Of a DNA stretch of 64,000 bases, positions 25,101 through 39,600 are shown piece by piece. The position numbers and the translations under genes were made by a program. A model generated the notes under the pieces. The model made no database searches. It had not been told where the DNA came from and saw only the letters and a list, made by a program, of their open reading frames with translations. The stretch is from Auanema rhodensis. Taxonomy: Eukaryota > Animalia > Nematoda. The DNA lies in the NCBI GenBank assembly GCA_964057225.1, contig OZ059897.1, positions 3,224,001 to 3,288,000 of the forward strand, given 5' to 3'. The stretch's first letter is position 1. Every line of letters starts with the position of its first letter.

Positions 25101-27027
25101 AACGATCATAACTTATTTTTGTATAGAGCGTTTCTCAATGTAGTATAGTGCATTCGATGCGGATTTTTAAGCTGCGTCGATCTGTGTTATCCGATTTGAG
25201 TTAGCTTAAAAATGCACCGAGATATCAACTGATATATGTTCACACTTATATCCTCGATTTTCACCCTGAAGAAATGATTTTTTCGTTGAATAACATTGTC
25301 CATCGTCTTCGTCTTGAAAAAAGGAATCTAAAAACATCTACTTTTTGTGAAATTATTTAGAAATTTTTCGGGAAAATTTTTGTCAAAATGTTTTTGGAAG
25401 CAATGTTGAGTGTACATGGGAACTCAACATACACTAATGCATTATTTTTCAAACGATCATAACTAATTTTTGTATAGAGCGTTTCTCAATGTAGTATAGT
25501 GCACTCGATGCGGATTTTTAAGCTGCGTTGATCTGTGTTATCAGATTTGAGTTAACTTAAAAATGCACCGAGATATCAACTGATATAGGTTCACACTTAT
25601 ATCCTCGATTTTCACCCTGAAGAAGTAGTTTTTTCGTTGAAAAACATTGTCCATCGTCTTTGTAATGAAAAAAGGAATCTAAAAACATCTACTTTTTAAG
25701 AAATTATATAGAAATTTTTCGGGAAAATTTTTGTCAAAATGTTTTTGGAAGCAATGTTGAGTGTACATGGGAACTCAACATACACTAATGCATTATTTTT
25801 CAAACGATCATAACTTATTTTTGTATAGAGCGTTTCTCAATGTAGTATAGTGCATTCGATGCGGATTTTTAAGCTGCGTCGATCTGTGTTATCAGATTTG
25901 AGTTAGCTTAAAAATGCACCGAGATATCAACTGATATATGTTCACACTTATATCCTCGATTTTCACCCTGAAGAAATAGTTTTTTCGTTGAAAAACATTG
26001 TCCATCGTCTTTGCCTTGAAAAAAGGAATCTAAAAACATCTACTTTTTGTGAAATTATTTAGAAATTTTTCGGGAAAATTTTTGTCAAAATGTTTTTGGA
26101 AGCAATGTTGAGTGTACATGGGAACTCAACATACACTAATGCATTATTTTTCAAACGATCATAACTTATTTTTGTATAGAGCGTTTCTCAATGTAGTATA
26201 GTGCATTCGATGCGGATTTTTAAGCTGCGTCGATCTGTGTTATCAGATTTGAGTTAGCTTAAAAATGCACCGAAATATCAACTGATATATGTTCACACTT
26301 ATATCCTCGATTTTCACCCTGAAGAAATGATTTTTTCGTTGAATAACATTGTCCATCGTCTTCGTCTTGAAAAAAGGAATCTAAAAACATCTACTTTTTG
26401 TGAAATTATTTAGAAATTTTTCGGGAAAATTTTTGTCAAAATGTTTTTGGAAGCAATGTTGAGTGTACATGGGAACTCAACATACACTAATGCATTATTT
26501 TTCAAACGATCATAACTTATTTTTGTATAGAGCGTTTCTCAATGTAGTATAGTGCATTCGATGCGGATTTTTAAGCTGCGTCGATCTGTGTTATCCGATT
26601 TGAGTTAGCTTAAAAATGCACCGAGATATCAACTGATATATGTTCACACTTATATCCTCGATTTTCACCCTGAAGAAATGATTTTTTCGTTGAATAACAT
26701 TGTCCATCGTCTTCGTCTTGAAAAAAGGAATCTAAAAACATCTACTTTTTGTGAAATTATTTAGAAATTTTTCGGGAAAATTTTTGTCAAAATGTTTTTG
26801 GAAGCAATGTTGAGTGTACATGGGAACTCAACATACACTAATGCATTATTTTTCAAACGATCATAACTAATTTTTGTATAGAGCGTTTCTCAATGTAGTA
26901 TAGTGCATTCGATGCGGATTTTTAAGCTGCGTTGATCTGTGTTATCAGATTTGAGTTAACTTAAAAATGCACCGAGATATCAACTGATATAGGTTCACAC
27001 TTATATCCTCGATTTTCACCCTGAAGA
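22114..27027 (+). repeat. 7-monomer duplication (2457 bp) within tetramer-like C-A-A-B repeats
   Basis: gcaCtcg at 23047/25504; ctttgtAatg (monomers at 23167/25624) and ccgaAat (monomers at 23518/25975) also recur at a 2457 offset. Confidence 0.85.
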
Positions 27028-29484
27028 AGTAGTTTTTTCGTTGAAAAACATTGTCCATCGTCTTCGTAATGAAAAAAGGAATCTAAAAACATCTACTTTT
27101 TAAGAAATTATATAGAAATTTTTCGGGAAAATTTTTGTCAAAATGTTTTTGGAAGCAATGTTGAGTGTACATAGGAACTCAACATACACTAATGCATTAT
27201 TTTTCAAACGATCATAACTTATTTTTGTATAGAGCGTTTCTCAATGTAGTATAGTGCATTCGATGCGGATTTTTAAGCTGCGTCGATCTGTGTTATCCGA
27301 TTTGAGTTAGCTTAAAAATGCACCGAGATATCAACTGATATATGTTCACACTTATATCCTCGATTTTCACCCTGAAGAAATGATTTTTTCGTTGAATAAC
27401 ATTGTCCATCGTCTTCGTCTTGAAAAAAGGAATCTAAAAACATCTACTTTTTGTGAAATTATTTAGAAATTTTTCGGGAAAATTTTTGTCAAAATGTTTT
27501 TGGAAGCAATGTTGAGTGTACATGGGAACTCAACATACACTAATGCATTATTTTTCAAACGATCATAACTAATTTTTGTATAGAGCGTTTCTCAATGTAG
27601 TATAGTGCATTCGATGCGGATTTTTAAGCTGCGTTGATCTGTGTTATCAGATTTGAGTTAACTTAAAAATGCACCGAGATATCAACTGATATAGGTTCAC
27701 ACTTATATCCTCGATTTTCACCCTGAAGAAGTAGTTTTTTCGTTGAAAAACATTGTCCATCGTCTTCGTCATGAAAAAAGGAATCTAAAACCATCTACTT
27801 TTTAAGAAATTATATAGAAATTTTTCGGGAAAATTTTTGTCAAAATGTTTTTGGAAGCAATGTTGAGTGTACATGGGAACTCAACATACACTAATGCATT
27901 ATTTTTCAAACGATCATAACTTATTTTTGTATAGAGCGTTTCTCAATGTAGTATAGTGCATTCGATGCGGATTTTTAAGCTGCGTCGATCTGTGTTATCA
28001 GATTTGAGTTAGCTTAAAAATGCACCGAGATATCAACTGATATATGTTCACACTTATATCCTCGATTTTCACCCTGAAGAAATAGTTTTTTCGTTGAAAA
28101 ACATTGTCCATCGTCTTTGCCTTGAAAAAAGGAATCTAAAAACATCTACTTTTTGTGAAATTATTAAGAAATTTTTCGGGAAAATTTTTGTCAAAATGTT
28201 TTTGGAAGCAATGTTGAGTGTACATGGGAACTCAACATACACTAATGCATTATTTTTCAAACGATCATAACTTATTTTTGTATAGAGCGTTTCTCAATGT
28301 AGTATAGTGCATTCGATGCGGATTTTTAAGCTGCGTCGATCTGTGTTATCCGATTTGAGTTAGCTTAAAAATGCACCGAGATATCAACTGATATATGTTC
28401 ACACTTATATCCTCGATTTTCACCCTGAAGAAATGATTTTTTCGTTGAATAACATTGTCCATCGTCTTCGTCTTGAAAAAAGGAATCTAAAAACATCTAC
28501 TTTTTGTGAAATTATTTAGAAATTTTTCGGGAAAATTTTTGTCAAAATGTTTTTGGAAGCAATGTTGAGTGTACATGGGAACTCAACATACACTAATGCA
28601 TTATTTTTCAAACGATCATAACTAATTTCTGTAAATAGCGTTTCTCAATGTAGTATAGTGCATTCGATGCGGATTTTTAAGCTGCGTCGATCTGTGTTAT
28701 CAGATTTGAGTTAGCTTAAAAATGCACCGAGATATCAACTGATATATGTTCACACTTATATCCTCGATTTTCACCCTGAAGAAATAGTTTTTTCGTTGAA
28801 AAACATTGTCCATCGTCTTTGCCTTGAAAAAAGGCAACTAAAAACATCTACTTTTTGTGAAATTATTTAGAAATTTTTCGGGAAAATTTTTGTCAAAATG
28901 TTTTTGGAAGCAATGTTGAGTGTACATGGGAACTCAACATACACTAATGCATTATTTTTCAAACGATCATAACTTATTTTTGTATAGAGCGTTTCTCAAT
29001 GTAGTATAGTGCATTCGATGCGGATTTTTAAGCTGCGTCGATCTGTGTTATCAGATTTGAGTTAGCTTAAAAATGCACCGAGATATCAACTGATATATGT
29101 TCACACTTATATCCTCGATTTTCACCCTGAAGAAATGATTTTTTCGTTGAATAACATTGTCCATCGTCTTCGTCTTGAAAAAAGGAATCTAAAAACATCT
29201 ACTTTTTGTGAAATTATTTAGAAATTTTTCGGGAAAATTTTTGTCAAAATGTTTTTGGAAGCAATGTTGAGTGTACATGGGAACTCAACATACACTAATG
29301 CATTATTTTTCAAACGATCATAACTAATTTTTGTATTGAGCGTTTCTCAATGTAGTATAGTGCATTCGATGCGGATTTTTAAGCTGCGTTGATCTGTGTT
29401 ATCAGATTTGAGTTAACTTAAAAATGCACCGAGATATCAACTGATATAGGTTCACACTTATATCCTCGATTTTCACCCTGAAGA

Positions 29485-32400
29485 AGTAGTTTTTTCGTTG
29501 AAAAACATTGTCCATCGTCTTTGTCATGAAAAAAGGAATCTAAAAACATCTACTTCTTGTGAAATTATTTAGAAATTTTTCGGGAAAATTTTTGTCAAAA
29601 TGTTTTTGGAAGCAATGTTGAGTGTACATGGGAACTCAACATACACTAATGCATTATTTTTCAAACGATCATAACTAATTTCTGTAAATAGCGTTTCTCA
29701 ATGTAGTATAGTGCATTCGATGCGGATTTTTAAGCTGCGTCGATCTGTGTTATCAGATTTGAGTTAGCTTAAAAATGCACCGAGATATCAACTGATATAT
29801 GTTCACACTTATATCCTCGATTTTCACCCTGAAGAAATAGTTTTTTCGTTGAAAAACATTGTCAATCGTCTTTGCCTTGAAAAAAGGAATCTAAAAACAT
29901 CTACTTTTTGTGAAATTATTTGGAAATTTTTCGGGAAAATTTTTGTCAAAATGTTTTTGGAAGCAATGTTGAGTGTACATGGGAACTCAACATACACTAA
30001 TGCATTATTTTTCAAACGATCATAACTTATTTTTGTATAGAGCGTTTCTCAATGTAGTATAGTGCATTCGATGCGGATTTTTAAGCTGCGTCGATCTGTG
30101 TTATCAGATTTGAGTTAGCTTAAAAATGCACCGAGATATCAACTGATATATGTTCACACTTATATCCTCGACTTTCACCCTGAAGAAATGATTTTTTCGT
30201 TGAATAACATTGTCCATCGTCTTCGTTTTGGAAAAAAGAATCTAAAAACATCTACTTTTTGTGAAATTATTTAGAAATTTTTCGGGAAAATTTTTGTCAA
30301 AATGTTTTTGGAAGCAATGTTGAGTGTACATGGGAACTCAACATACACTAATGCATTATTTTTCAAACGATCATAACTTATTTTTGTATAGAGCGTTTCT
30401 CAATGTAGTATAGTGCATTCGATGCGGATTTTTAAGCTGCGTCGATCTGTGTTATCAGATTTGAGTTAGCTTAAAAATGCACCGAGATATCAACTGATAT
30501 ATGTTCACACTTATATCCTCGATTTTCACCCTGAAGAAATGATTTTTTCGTTGAATAACATTGTCCATCGTCTCTGTCTTGAAAAAAGGAATCTAAAAAC
30601 ATCTACTTTTTGTGAAATTATTTAGAAATTTTTCGGGAAAATTTTTGTCAAAATGTTTTTGGAAGCAATGTTGAGTGTACATGGGAACTCAACATACACT
30701 AATGCATTATTTTTCAAACGATCATAACTAATTTTTGTATAGAGCGTTTCTCAATGTAGTATAGTGCATTCGATGCGGATTTTTAAGCTGCGTTGATCTG
30801 TGTTATCAGATTTGAGTTAACTTAAAAATGCACCGAGATATCAACTGATATAGGTTCACACTTATATCCTCGATTTTCACCCTGAAGAAGTAGTTTTTTC
30901 GTTGAAAAACATTGTCCATCGTCTTCGTCATGAAAAAAGGAATCTAAAAACATCTACTTTTTAAGAAATTATATAGAAATTTTTCGGGAAAATTTTTGTC
31001 AAAATGTTTTTGGAAGCAATGTTGAGTGTACATGGGAACTCAACATACACTAATGCATTATTTTTCAAACGATCATAACTTATTTTTGTATAGAGCGTTT
31101 CTCAATGTAGTATAGTGCATTCGATGCGGATTTTTAAGTTGCGTTGATCTGTGTTATCAGATTTGAGTTAGCTTAAAAATGCACCGAGATATCAACTGAT
31201 TTATGTTCACACTTATATCCTCGATTTTCACCCTGAAGAACTGATTTTTTCGTTGAATAACATTGTCCATCATCTTCGTCTTGAAAAAAGGAATCTAAAA
31301 ACATCTACTTTTTGTGAAATTATTTAGAAATTTTTCGGGAAAATTTTTGTCAAAATGTTTTTGGAAGCAATGTTGAGTGTACATGGGAACTCAACATACA
31401 CTAATGCATTATTTTTCAAACGATCATAACTAATTTTTGTATAGAGCGTTTCTCAATGTAGTATAGTGCATTCGATGCGGATTTTTAAGCTGCGTTGATC
31501 TGTGTTATCAGATTTGAGTTAACTTAAAAATGCACCGAGATATCAACTGATATAGGTTCACACTTATATCCTCGATTTTCACCCTGAAGAAGTAGTTTTT
31601 TCGTTGAAAAACATTGTCCATCGTCTTCGTCATGAAAAAAGGAATCTAAAAACATCTACTTCTTGTGAAATTATTTAGAAATTTTTCGGGAAAATTTTTG
31701 TCAAAATGTTTTTGGAAGCAATGTTGAGTGTACATGGGAACTCAACATACACTAATGCATTATTTTTCAAACGATCATAACTAATTTCTGTAAATAGCGT
31801 TTCTCAATAAAGTATAGTGCATTCGATGCGGATTTTTAAGCTGCGTCGATCTGTGTTATCAGATTTGAGTTAGCTTAAAAATGCACCGAGATATCAACTG
31901 ATATATGTTCACACTTATATCCTCGATTTTCACCCTGAAGAAATAGTTTTTTCGTTGAAAAACATTGTCCATCGTCTTTGCCTTGAAAAAAGGAATCTAA
32001 AAACATCTACTTTTTGTGAAATTATTTGGAAATTTTTCGGGAAAATTTTTGTCAAAATGTTTTTGGAAGCAATGTTGAGTGTACATGGGAACTCAACATA
32101 CACTAATGCATTATTTTTCAAACGATCATAACTTATTTTTGTATAGAGCGTTTCTCAATGTAGTATAGTGCATTCGATGCGGATTTTTAAGCTGCGTCGA
32201 TCTGTGTTATCAGATTTGAGTTAGCTTAAAAATGCACCGAGATATCAACTGATATATGTTCACACTTATATCCTCGACTTTCACCCTGAAGAAATGATTT
32301 TTTCGTTGAATAACATTGTCCATCGTCTTCGTTTTGGAAAAAGGAATCTAAAAACATCTACTTTTTGTGAAATTATTTAGAAATTTTTCGGGAAAATTTT

Positions 32401-33696
32401 TGTCAAAATGTTTTTGGAAGCAATGTTGAGTGTACATGGGAACTCAACATACACTAATGCATTATTTTTCAAACGATCATAACTTATTTTTGTATAGAGC
32501 GTTTCTCAATGTAGTATAGTGCATTCGATGCGGATTTTTAAGCTGCGTCGATCTGTGTTATCAGATTTGAGTTAGCTTAAAAATGCACCGAGATATCAAC
32601 TGATATATGTTCACACTTATATCCTCGATTTTCACCCTGAAGAAATGATTTTTTCGTTGAATAACATTGTCCATCGTCTCTGTCTTGAAAAAAGGAATCT
32701 AAAAACATCTACTTTTTGTGAAATTATTTAGAAATTTTTCGGGAAAATTTTTGTCAAAATGTTTTTGGAAGCAATGTTGAGTGTACATGGGAACTCAACA
32801 TACACTAATGCATTATTTTTCAAACGATCATAACTAATTTTTGTATAGAGCGTTTCTCAATGTAGTATAGTGCATTCGATGCGGATTTTTAAGCTGCGTT
32901 GATCTGTGTTATCAGATTTGAGTTAACTTAAAAATGCACCGAGATATCAACTGATATAGGTTCACACTTATATCCTCGATTTTCACCCTGAAGAAGTAGT
33001 TTTTTCGTTGAAAAACATTGTCCATCGTCTTCGTCATGAAAAAAGGAATCTAAAAACATCTACTTTTTAAGAAATTATATAGAAATTTTTCGGGAAAATT
33101 TTTGTCAAAATGTTTTTGGAAGCAATGTTGAGTGTACATGGGAACTCAACATACACTAATGCATTATTTTTCAAACGATCATAACTTATTTTTGTATAGA
33201 GCGTTTCTCAATGTAGTATAGTGCATTCGATGCGGATTTTTAAGTTGCGTTGATCTGTGTTATCAGATTTGAGTTAGCTTAAAAATGCACCGAGATATCA
33301 ACTGATTTATGTTCACACTTATATCCTCGATTTTCACCCTGAAGAAATGATTTTTTCGTTGAATAACATTGTCCATCATCTTCGTCTTGAAAAAAGGAAT
33401 CTAAAAACATCTACTTTTTGTGAAATTATTTAGAAATTTTTCGGGAAAATTTTTGTCAAAATGTTTTTGGAAGCAATGTTGAGTGTACATGGGAACTCAA
33501 CATACACTAATGCATTATTTTTCAAACGATCATAACTTATTTTTGTATAGAGCGTTTCTCAATGTAGTATAGTGCATTCGATGCGGATTTTTAAGCTGCG
33601 TCGATCTGTGTTATCAGATTTGAGTTAGCTTAAAAATGCACCGAGATATCAACTGATATATGTTCACACTTATATCCTCGACTTTCACCCTGAAGA
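29485..33696 (+). repeat. 6-monomer HOR, 2 copies (paralogue of 10531-14391)
   Basis: Same marker order. The artefact ORFs at 29824 and 31930 are 2106 apart and each lies 19305 from its counterpart at 10519 or 12625. Confidence 0.88.
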
Positions 33697-36600
33697 AATG
33701 ATTTTTTCGTTGAATAACATTGTCCATCGTCTTCGTCTTGAAAAAAGGAATCTAAAAACATCTACTTTTTGTGAAATTATTTAGAAATTTTTCGGGAAAA
33801 TTTTTGTCAAAATGTTTTTGGAAGCAATGTTGAGTGTACATGGGAACTCAACATACACTAATGCATTATTTTTCAAACGATCATAACTAATTTTTGTAAA
33901 TAGCGTTTCTCAAGGTAGTATAGTGCATTCGATGCGGATTTTTAAGCTGCGTCGATCTGTGTTATCAGATTTGAGTTAGCTTAAAAATGCACCGAGATAT
34001 CAACTGATATATGTTCACACTTATATCCTCGACTTTCACCCTGAAGAAATGATTTTTTCGTTGAATAACATTGTCCATCGTCTTCGTCTTGAAAAAAGGA
34101 ATCTAAAAACATCTACTTTTTGTGAAATTATTTAGAAATTTTTCGGGAAAATTTTTGTCAAAATGTTTTTGGAAGCAATGTTGAGTGTACATGGGAACTC
34201 AACATACACTAATGCATTATTTTTCAAACGATCATAACTTATTTTTGTATAGAGCGTTTCTCAATGTAGTATAGTGCATTCGATGCGGATTTTTGAGCTG
34301 CGTCGATCTGTGTTATCAGATTTGAGTTAGCTTAAAAATGCACCGAGATATCAACTGATATATGTTCACACTTATATCCTCGATTTTCACCCTGAAGAAA
34401 TGATTTTTTCGTTGAATAACATTGTCCATCGTCTTCGTCTTGAAAAAAGGAATCTAAAAACATCTACTTTTTGTGAAATTATTTAGAAATTTTTCGGGAA
34501 AATTTTTGTCAAAATGTTTTTGGAAGCAATGTTGAGTGTACATGGGAACTCAACATACACTAATGCATTATTTTTCAAACAATCATAACTAATTTTTGTA
34601 TAGAGCGTTTCTCAATGTAGTATAGTGCATTCGATGCGGATTTTTAAGCTGCGTTGATCTGTGTTATCAGATTTGAGTTAACTTAAAAATGCACCGAGAT
34701 ATCAACTGATATAGGTTCACACTTATATCCTCGATTTTCACCCTGAAGAAGTAGTTTTTTCGTTGAAAAACATTGTCCATCGTCTTCGTCATGAAAAAAG
34801 GAATCTAAAAACATCTACTTTTTAAGAAATTATATAGAAATTTTTCGGGAAAATTTTTGTCAAAATGTTTTTGGAAGCAATGTTGAGTGTACATGGGAAC
34901 TCAACATACACTAATGCATTATTTTTCAAACGATCATAACTTATTTTTGTATAGAGCGTTTCTCAATGTAGTATAGTGCATTCGATGCGGATTTTTAAGC
35001 TGCGTCGATCTGTGTTATCAGATTTGAGTTAGCTTAAAAATGCACCGAGATATCAACTGATATATGTTCACACTTATATCCTCGATTTTCACCCTGAAGA
35101 AATGATTTTTTCGTTGAATAACATTGTCCATCGTCTTCGTCTTGAAAAAAGGAATCTAAAAACATCTACTTTTTGTGAAATTATTTAGAAATTTTTCGGG
35201 AAAATTTTTGTCAAAATGTTTTTGGAAGCAATGTTGAGTGTACATGGGAACTCAACATACACTAATGCATTATTTTTCAAACGATCATAACTAATTTTTG
35301 TAAATAGCGTTTCTCAAGGTAGTATAGTGCATTCGATGCGGATTTTTAAGCTGCGTCGATCTGTGTTATCAGATTTGAGTTAGCTTAAAAATGCACCGAG
35401 ATATCAACTGATATATGTTCACACTTATATCCTCGATTTTCACCCTGAAGAAATGATTTTTTGGTTGAAAAACATTGTCCATCGTCTTCGTCTTAAAAAA
35501 AGGAATCTAAAAACACCTACTTCTTGTGAAATTATTTAGAAATTTTTCGGGAAAATTTTTGTCAAAATGTTTTTGGAAGCAATGTTGAGTGTACATGGGA
35601 ACTCAACATACACTAATGCATTATTTTTCAAACGATCATAACTAATTTTTGTAAATAGCGTTTCTCAAGGTAGTATAGTGCATTCGATGCGGATTTTTAA
35701 GCTGCGTCGATCTGTGTTATCAGATTTGAGTTAGCTTAAAAATGCACCGAGATATCAACTGATATATGTTCACACTTATATCCTCGACTTTCACCCTGAA
35801 GAAATGATTTTTTCGTTGAATAACATTGTCCATCGTCTTCGTTTTGGAAAAAGGAATCTAAAAACATCTACTTTTTGTGAAATTATTTAGAAATTTTTCG
35901 GGAAAATTTTTGTCAAAATGTTTTTGGAAGCAATGTTGAGTGTACATGGGAACTCAACATACACTAATGCATTATTTTTCAAACGATCATAACTTATTTT
36001 TGTATAGAGCGTTTCTCAATGTAGTATAGTGCATTCGATGCGGATTTTTAAGCTGCGTCGATCTGTGTTATCAGATTTGAGTTAGCTTAAAAATGCACCG
36101 AGATATCAACTGATATATGTTCACACTTATATCCTCGATTTTCACCCTGAAGAAATGATTTTTTCGTTGAATAACATTGTCCATCGTCTCTGTCTTGAAA
36201 AAAGGAATCTAAAAACATCTACTTTTTGTGAAATTATTTAGAAATTTTTCGGGAAAATTTTTGTCAAAATGTTTTTGGAAGCAATGTTGAGTGTACATGG
36301 GAACTCAACATACACTAATGCATTATTTTTCAAACGATCATAACTAATTTTTGTATAGAGCGTTTCTCAATGAAGTATAGTGCATTCGATGCGGATTTTT
36401 AAGCTGCGTTGATCTGTGTTATCAGATTTGAGTTAACTTAAAAATGCACCGAGATATCAACTGATATAGGTTCACACTTATATCCTCGATTTTCACCCTG
36501 AAGAAGTAGTTTTTTCGTTGAAAAACATTGTCCATCGTCTTCGTCATGAAAAAAGGAATCTAAAAACATCTACTTTTTAAGAAATTATATAGAAATTTTT

Positions 36601-39600
36601 CGGGAAAATTTTTGTCAAAATGTTTTTGGAAGCAATGTTGAGTGTACATGGGAACTCAACATACACTAATGCATTATTTTTCAAACGATCATAACTTATT
36701 TTTGTATAGAGCGTTTCTCAATGTAGTATAGTGCGTTCGATGCGGATTTTTAAGCTGCGTCGATCTGTGTTATCAGATTTGAGTTAGCTTAAAAATGCAC
36801 CGAGATATCAACTGATATATGTTCACACTTATATCCTCGATTTTCACCCTGAAGAAATGATTTTTTCGTTGAATAACATTGTCCATCGTCTTCGTCTTGA
36901 AAAAAGGAATCTAAAAACATCTACTTTTTGTGAAATTATTTAGAAATTTTTCGGGAAAATTTTTGTCAAAATGTTTTTGGAAGCAATGTTGAGTGTACAT
37001 GGGAACTCAACATACACTAATGCATTATTTTTCGAACGATCATAACTAATTTTTGTAAATAGCGTTTCTCAAGGTAGTATAGTGCATTCGATGCGGATTT
37101 TTAAGCTGCGTCGATCTGTGTTATCAGATTTGAGTTAGCTTAAAAATGCACCGAGATATCAACTGATATAGGTTCACACTTATATCCTCGATTTTCAAAC
37201 TGAAGAATTGATTTTTTTGTTGAATAACATTGTCCATCGTCTTCGTCTTGAAAAAAGGAATCTAAAAACATCTACTTTTTGTGAAATTATCTAGAAATTT
37301 TTCGGGAAAATTTTTGTCAAAATGTTTTTGGAAGCAATGTTGAGTGTACATGGGAACTCAACATACACTAATGCATTATTTTTCAAACGATCATAACTAT
37401 TTTCTCTAAATAGCGTTTCTCAATGTAGTATAGTGCATTCGATGCGGATTTTTAAGTTGCGTTGATCTGTGTTATCAGATTTGAGTTAGCTTAAAAATGC
37501 ACCGAGATATCAACTGATATATGTTCACACTTATATCCTCGATTTTCACCCTGAAGAAATGATTTTTTCGTTGAATAACATTGTCCATCGTCTTCGTCTT
37601 GAAAAAAGGAATCTAAAAACATCTACTTTTTGTGAAATTATTTAGAAATTTTTCGGGAAAATTTTTGTCAAAATGTTTTTGGAAGCAATGTTGAGTGTAC
37701 ATGGGAACTCAACATACACTAATGCATTATTTTTCGAACGATCATAACTAATTTTTGTAAATAGCGTTTCTCAAGGTAGTATAGTGCATTCGATGCGGAT
37801 TTTTAAGCTGCGTCGATCTGTGTTATCAGATTTGAGTTAGCTTAAAAATGCACCGAGATATCAACTGATATAGGTTCACACTTATATCCTCGATTTTCAA
37901 ACTGAAGAATTGATTTTTTTGTTGAATAACATTGTCCATCGTCTTCGTCTTGAAAAAAGGAATCTAAAAACATCTACTTTTTGTGAAATTATCTAGAAAT
38001 TTTTCGGGAAAATTTTTGTCAAAATGTTTTTGGAAGCAATGTTGAGTGTACATGGGAACTCAACATACACTAATGCATTATTTTTCAAACGATCATAACT
38101 ATTTTCTGTAAATAGCGTTTCTCAATGTAGTATAGTGCATTCGATGCGGATTTTTAAGTTGCGTTGATCTGTGTTATCAGATTTGAGTTAGCTTAAAAAT
38201 GCACCGAGATATCAACTGATATATGTTCACACTTATATCCTCGATTTTCAAACTGAAGAATTGATTTTTTTGTTGAATAACATTGTCCATCGTCTTCGTC
38301 TTGAAAAAAGGAATCTAAAAACATCTACTTTTTGTGAAATTATCTAGAAATTTTTCGGGAAAATTTTTGTCAAAATGTTTTTGGAAGCAATGTTGAGTGT
38401 ACATGGGAACTCAACATACACTAATGCATTATTTTTCAAACGATCATAACTATTTTCTGTAAATAGCGTTTCTCAATGTAGTATAGTGCATTCGATGCGG
38501 ATTTTTAAGTTGCGTTGATCTGTGTTATCAGATTTGAGTTAGCTTAAAAATGCACCGAGATATCAACTGATATATGTTCACACTTATATCCTCGATTTTC
38601 ACCCTGAAGAAATGATTTTTTCGTTGAATAACATTGTCCATCGTCTTTGTCTTGAAAAAAGGAATCTAAAAACATCTACTTTTTGTGAAATTATCTAGAA
38701 ATTTTTCGGGAAAATTTTTGTCAAAATGTTTTTGGAAGCAATGTTGAGTGTACATGGGAACTCAACATACACTAATGCATTATTTTTCAAACGATCATAA
38801 CTATTTTCTGTAAATAGCGTTTCTCAATGTAGTATAGTGCATTCGATGCGGATTTTTAAGTTGCGTTGATCTGTGTTATCAGATTTGAGTTAGCTTAAAA
38901 ATGCACCGAGATATCAACTGATTTATGTTCACACTTATATCCTCGATTTTCACCCTGAAGAAATGATTTTTTCGTTGAATAACATTGTCCATCATCTTCG
39001 TCTTGAAAAAAGGAATCTAAAAACATCTACTTTTTGTGAAATTATTTAGAAATTTTTCGGGAAAATTTTTGTCAAAATGTTTTTGGAAGCAATGTTGAGT
39101 GTACATGGGAACTCAACATACACTAATGCATTATTTTTCAAACGATCATAACTAATTTTTGTAAATAGCGTTTCTCAAGGTAGTATAGTGCATTCGATGC
39201 GGATTTTTAAGCTGCGTCGATCTGTGTTATCAGATTTGAGTTAGCTTAAAAATGCACCGAGATATCAACTGATATATGTTCACACTTATATCCTCGATTT
39301 TCACCCTGAAGAAATGATTTTTTCGTTGAATAACATTGTCCATCGTCTTCGTCTTGAAAAAAGGAATCTAAAAACATCTACTTTTTGTGAAATTATTTAG
39401 AAATTTTTCGGGAAAATTTTTGTCAAAATGTTTTTGGAAGCAATGTTGAGTGTACATGGGAACTCAACATACACTAATGCATTATTTTTCAAACGATCAT
39501 AACTAATTTCTGTAAATAGCGTTTCTCAATGTAGTATAGTGCATTCGATGCGGATTTTTAAGCTGCGTCGATCTGTGTTATCAGATTTGAGTTAGCTTAA

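Larger units (their letters stand above)
9127..28782 (+). repeat. Super-HOR copy 1 (~56 monomers, 19,656 bp)
   Basis: The ordered private markers ggCAAct (9177), aCtga, tttGagc, aaacAatc, aatgAag, gcGttcg, ttcGaacg and caAcctg (20699) are repeated in the same order in 28783-48438. Confidence 0.85.

Noticed and set aside
10168-32121. Seven - strand 63-aa ORFs (MKNNALVYVEF...)
   Set aside because: They are opened by SNPs at monomer pos 85-87 that destroy a minus-strand TAA. They are useful only as markers of the duplications and show no evidence of coding function.
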